Assembly (NCBI RefSeq): GCF_006345805.1
Contig: NW_021832736.1
Span: 1 to 32,273 of the forward strand
Source: Octopus sinensis
Lineage: Eukaryota
Direction: 5' to 3'
DNA length: 32,273 nt
Shown: positions 31,906 to 32,273 of the stretch, in pieces
Numbering within the stretch: the first letter of the stretch is position 1
Layout: each line of letters starts with the position of its first letter
The notes under the pieces: generated by a model
Seen by the model: only the letters and a program-made list of their open reading frames with translations
Database searches by the model: none
What the model was told of the DNA's origin: nothing
Translations under genes and position numbers: made by a program

Positions 31906-32149
31906 TTACTTACTCAAAGCTGTAAATAGCTAATGAATGTCTCGAGGCTTCGCCAGCGCTAATGTATTCCTGCTCGTGTCTCTTAGGGAATATATTAGCA
32001 AATGTTTAATTAATTATTGTTGGTGATCCTCTTTATCTGTATGCATATGAGTGTGTGCGTGTGAGTGTATGTGTGTGTGTAGATATTTCTCTGTACGTAT
32101 ACTTGTATGCCTGAATATCTATATGTATATGCATATATATTTTCGCTGT

Positions 32150-32177
32150 CTATCTGTCTGTCTCTGTCTGTTGTCTA

Positions 32178-32246
<69 letters not shown>

Positions 32247-32273
32247 ATGTCTTATCATATGTATATATATATG
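32150..32273. repeat. (CTGT)/(TC)n/(TA)n compound microsatellite
   Basis: Direct observation. Confidence 0.93.

Overview
AT-rich, extremely repeat-dense eukaryotic genomic DNA. The SINE families and microsatellite load point to an octopus (coleoid cephalopod) genome; this is an inference from recognised repeat sequences. I find no protein-coding gene I can support, so the window looks intronic or intergenic, and almost all ORFs in the supplied track are microsatellite read-throughs or antisense SINE frames. Supported content: about 25 tRNA-derived SINE copies in four families (working labels A-D; several have clear 8-19 bp target-site duplications), three decayed RTE-clade LINE remnants, three 3' ends of restriction-like-endonuclease (R4/Dong/Hero-like) LINEs, one decayed mariner transposase, a probable hAT MITE, and many micro/minisatellites. 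Main hunt results: (1) six Penelope-type minimal hammerhead-ribozyme motifs in two families, with palindromic stem III, an extra A after the core and covarying stem I, one lying next to an inverted partial copy of itself; (2) a dimeric SINE with the same junction at three loci, one flanked by a single TSD; (3) a near-perfect 69-bp-arm palindrome; (4) a roughly 200-bp element that folds into a three-way junction. Boundaries of degenerate elements are approximate, and all alignments were made by eye.
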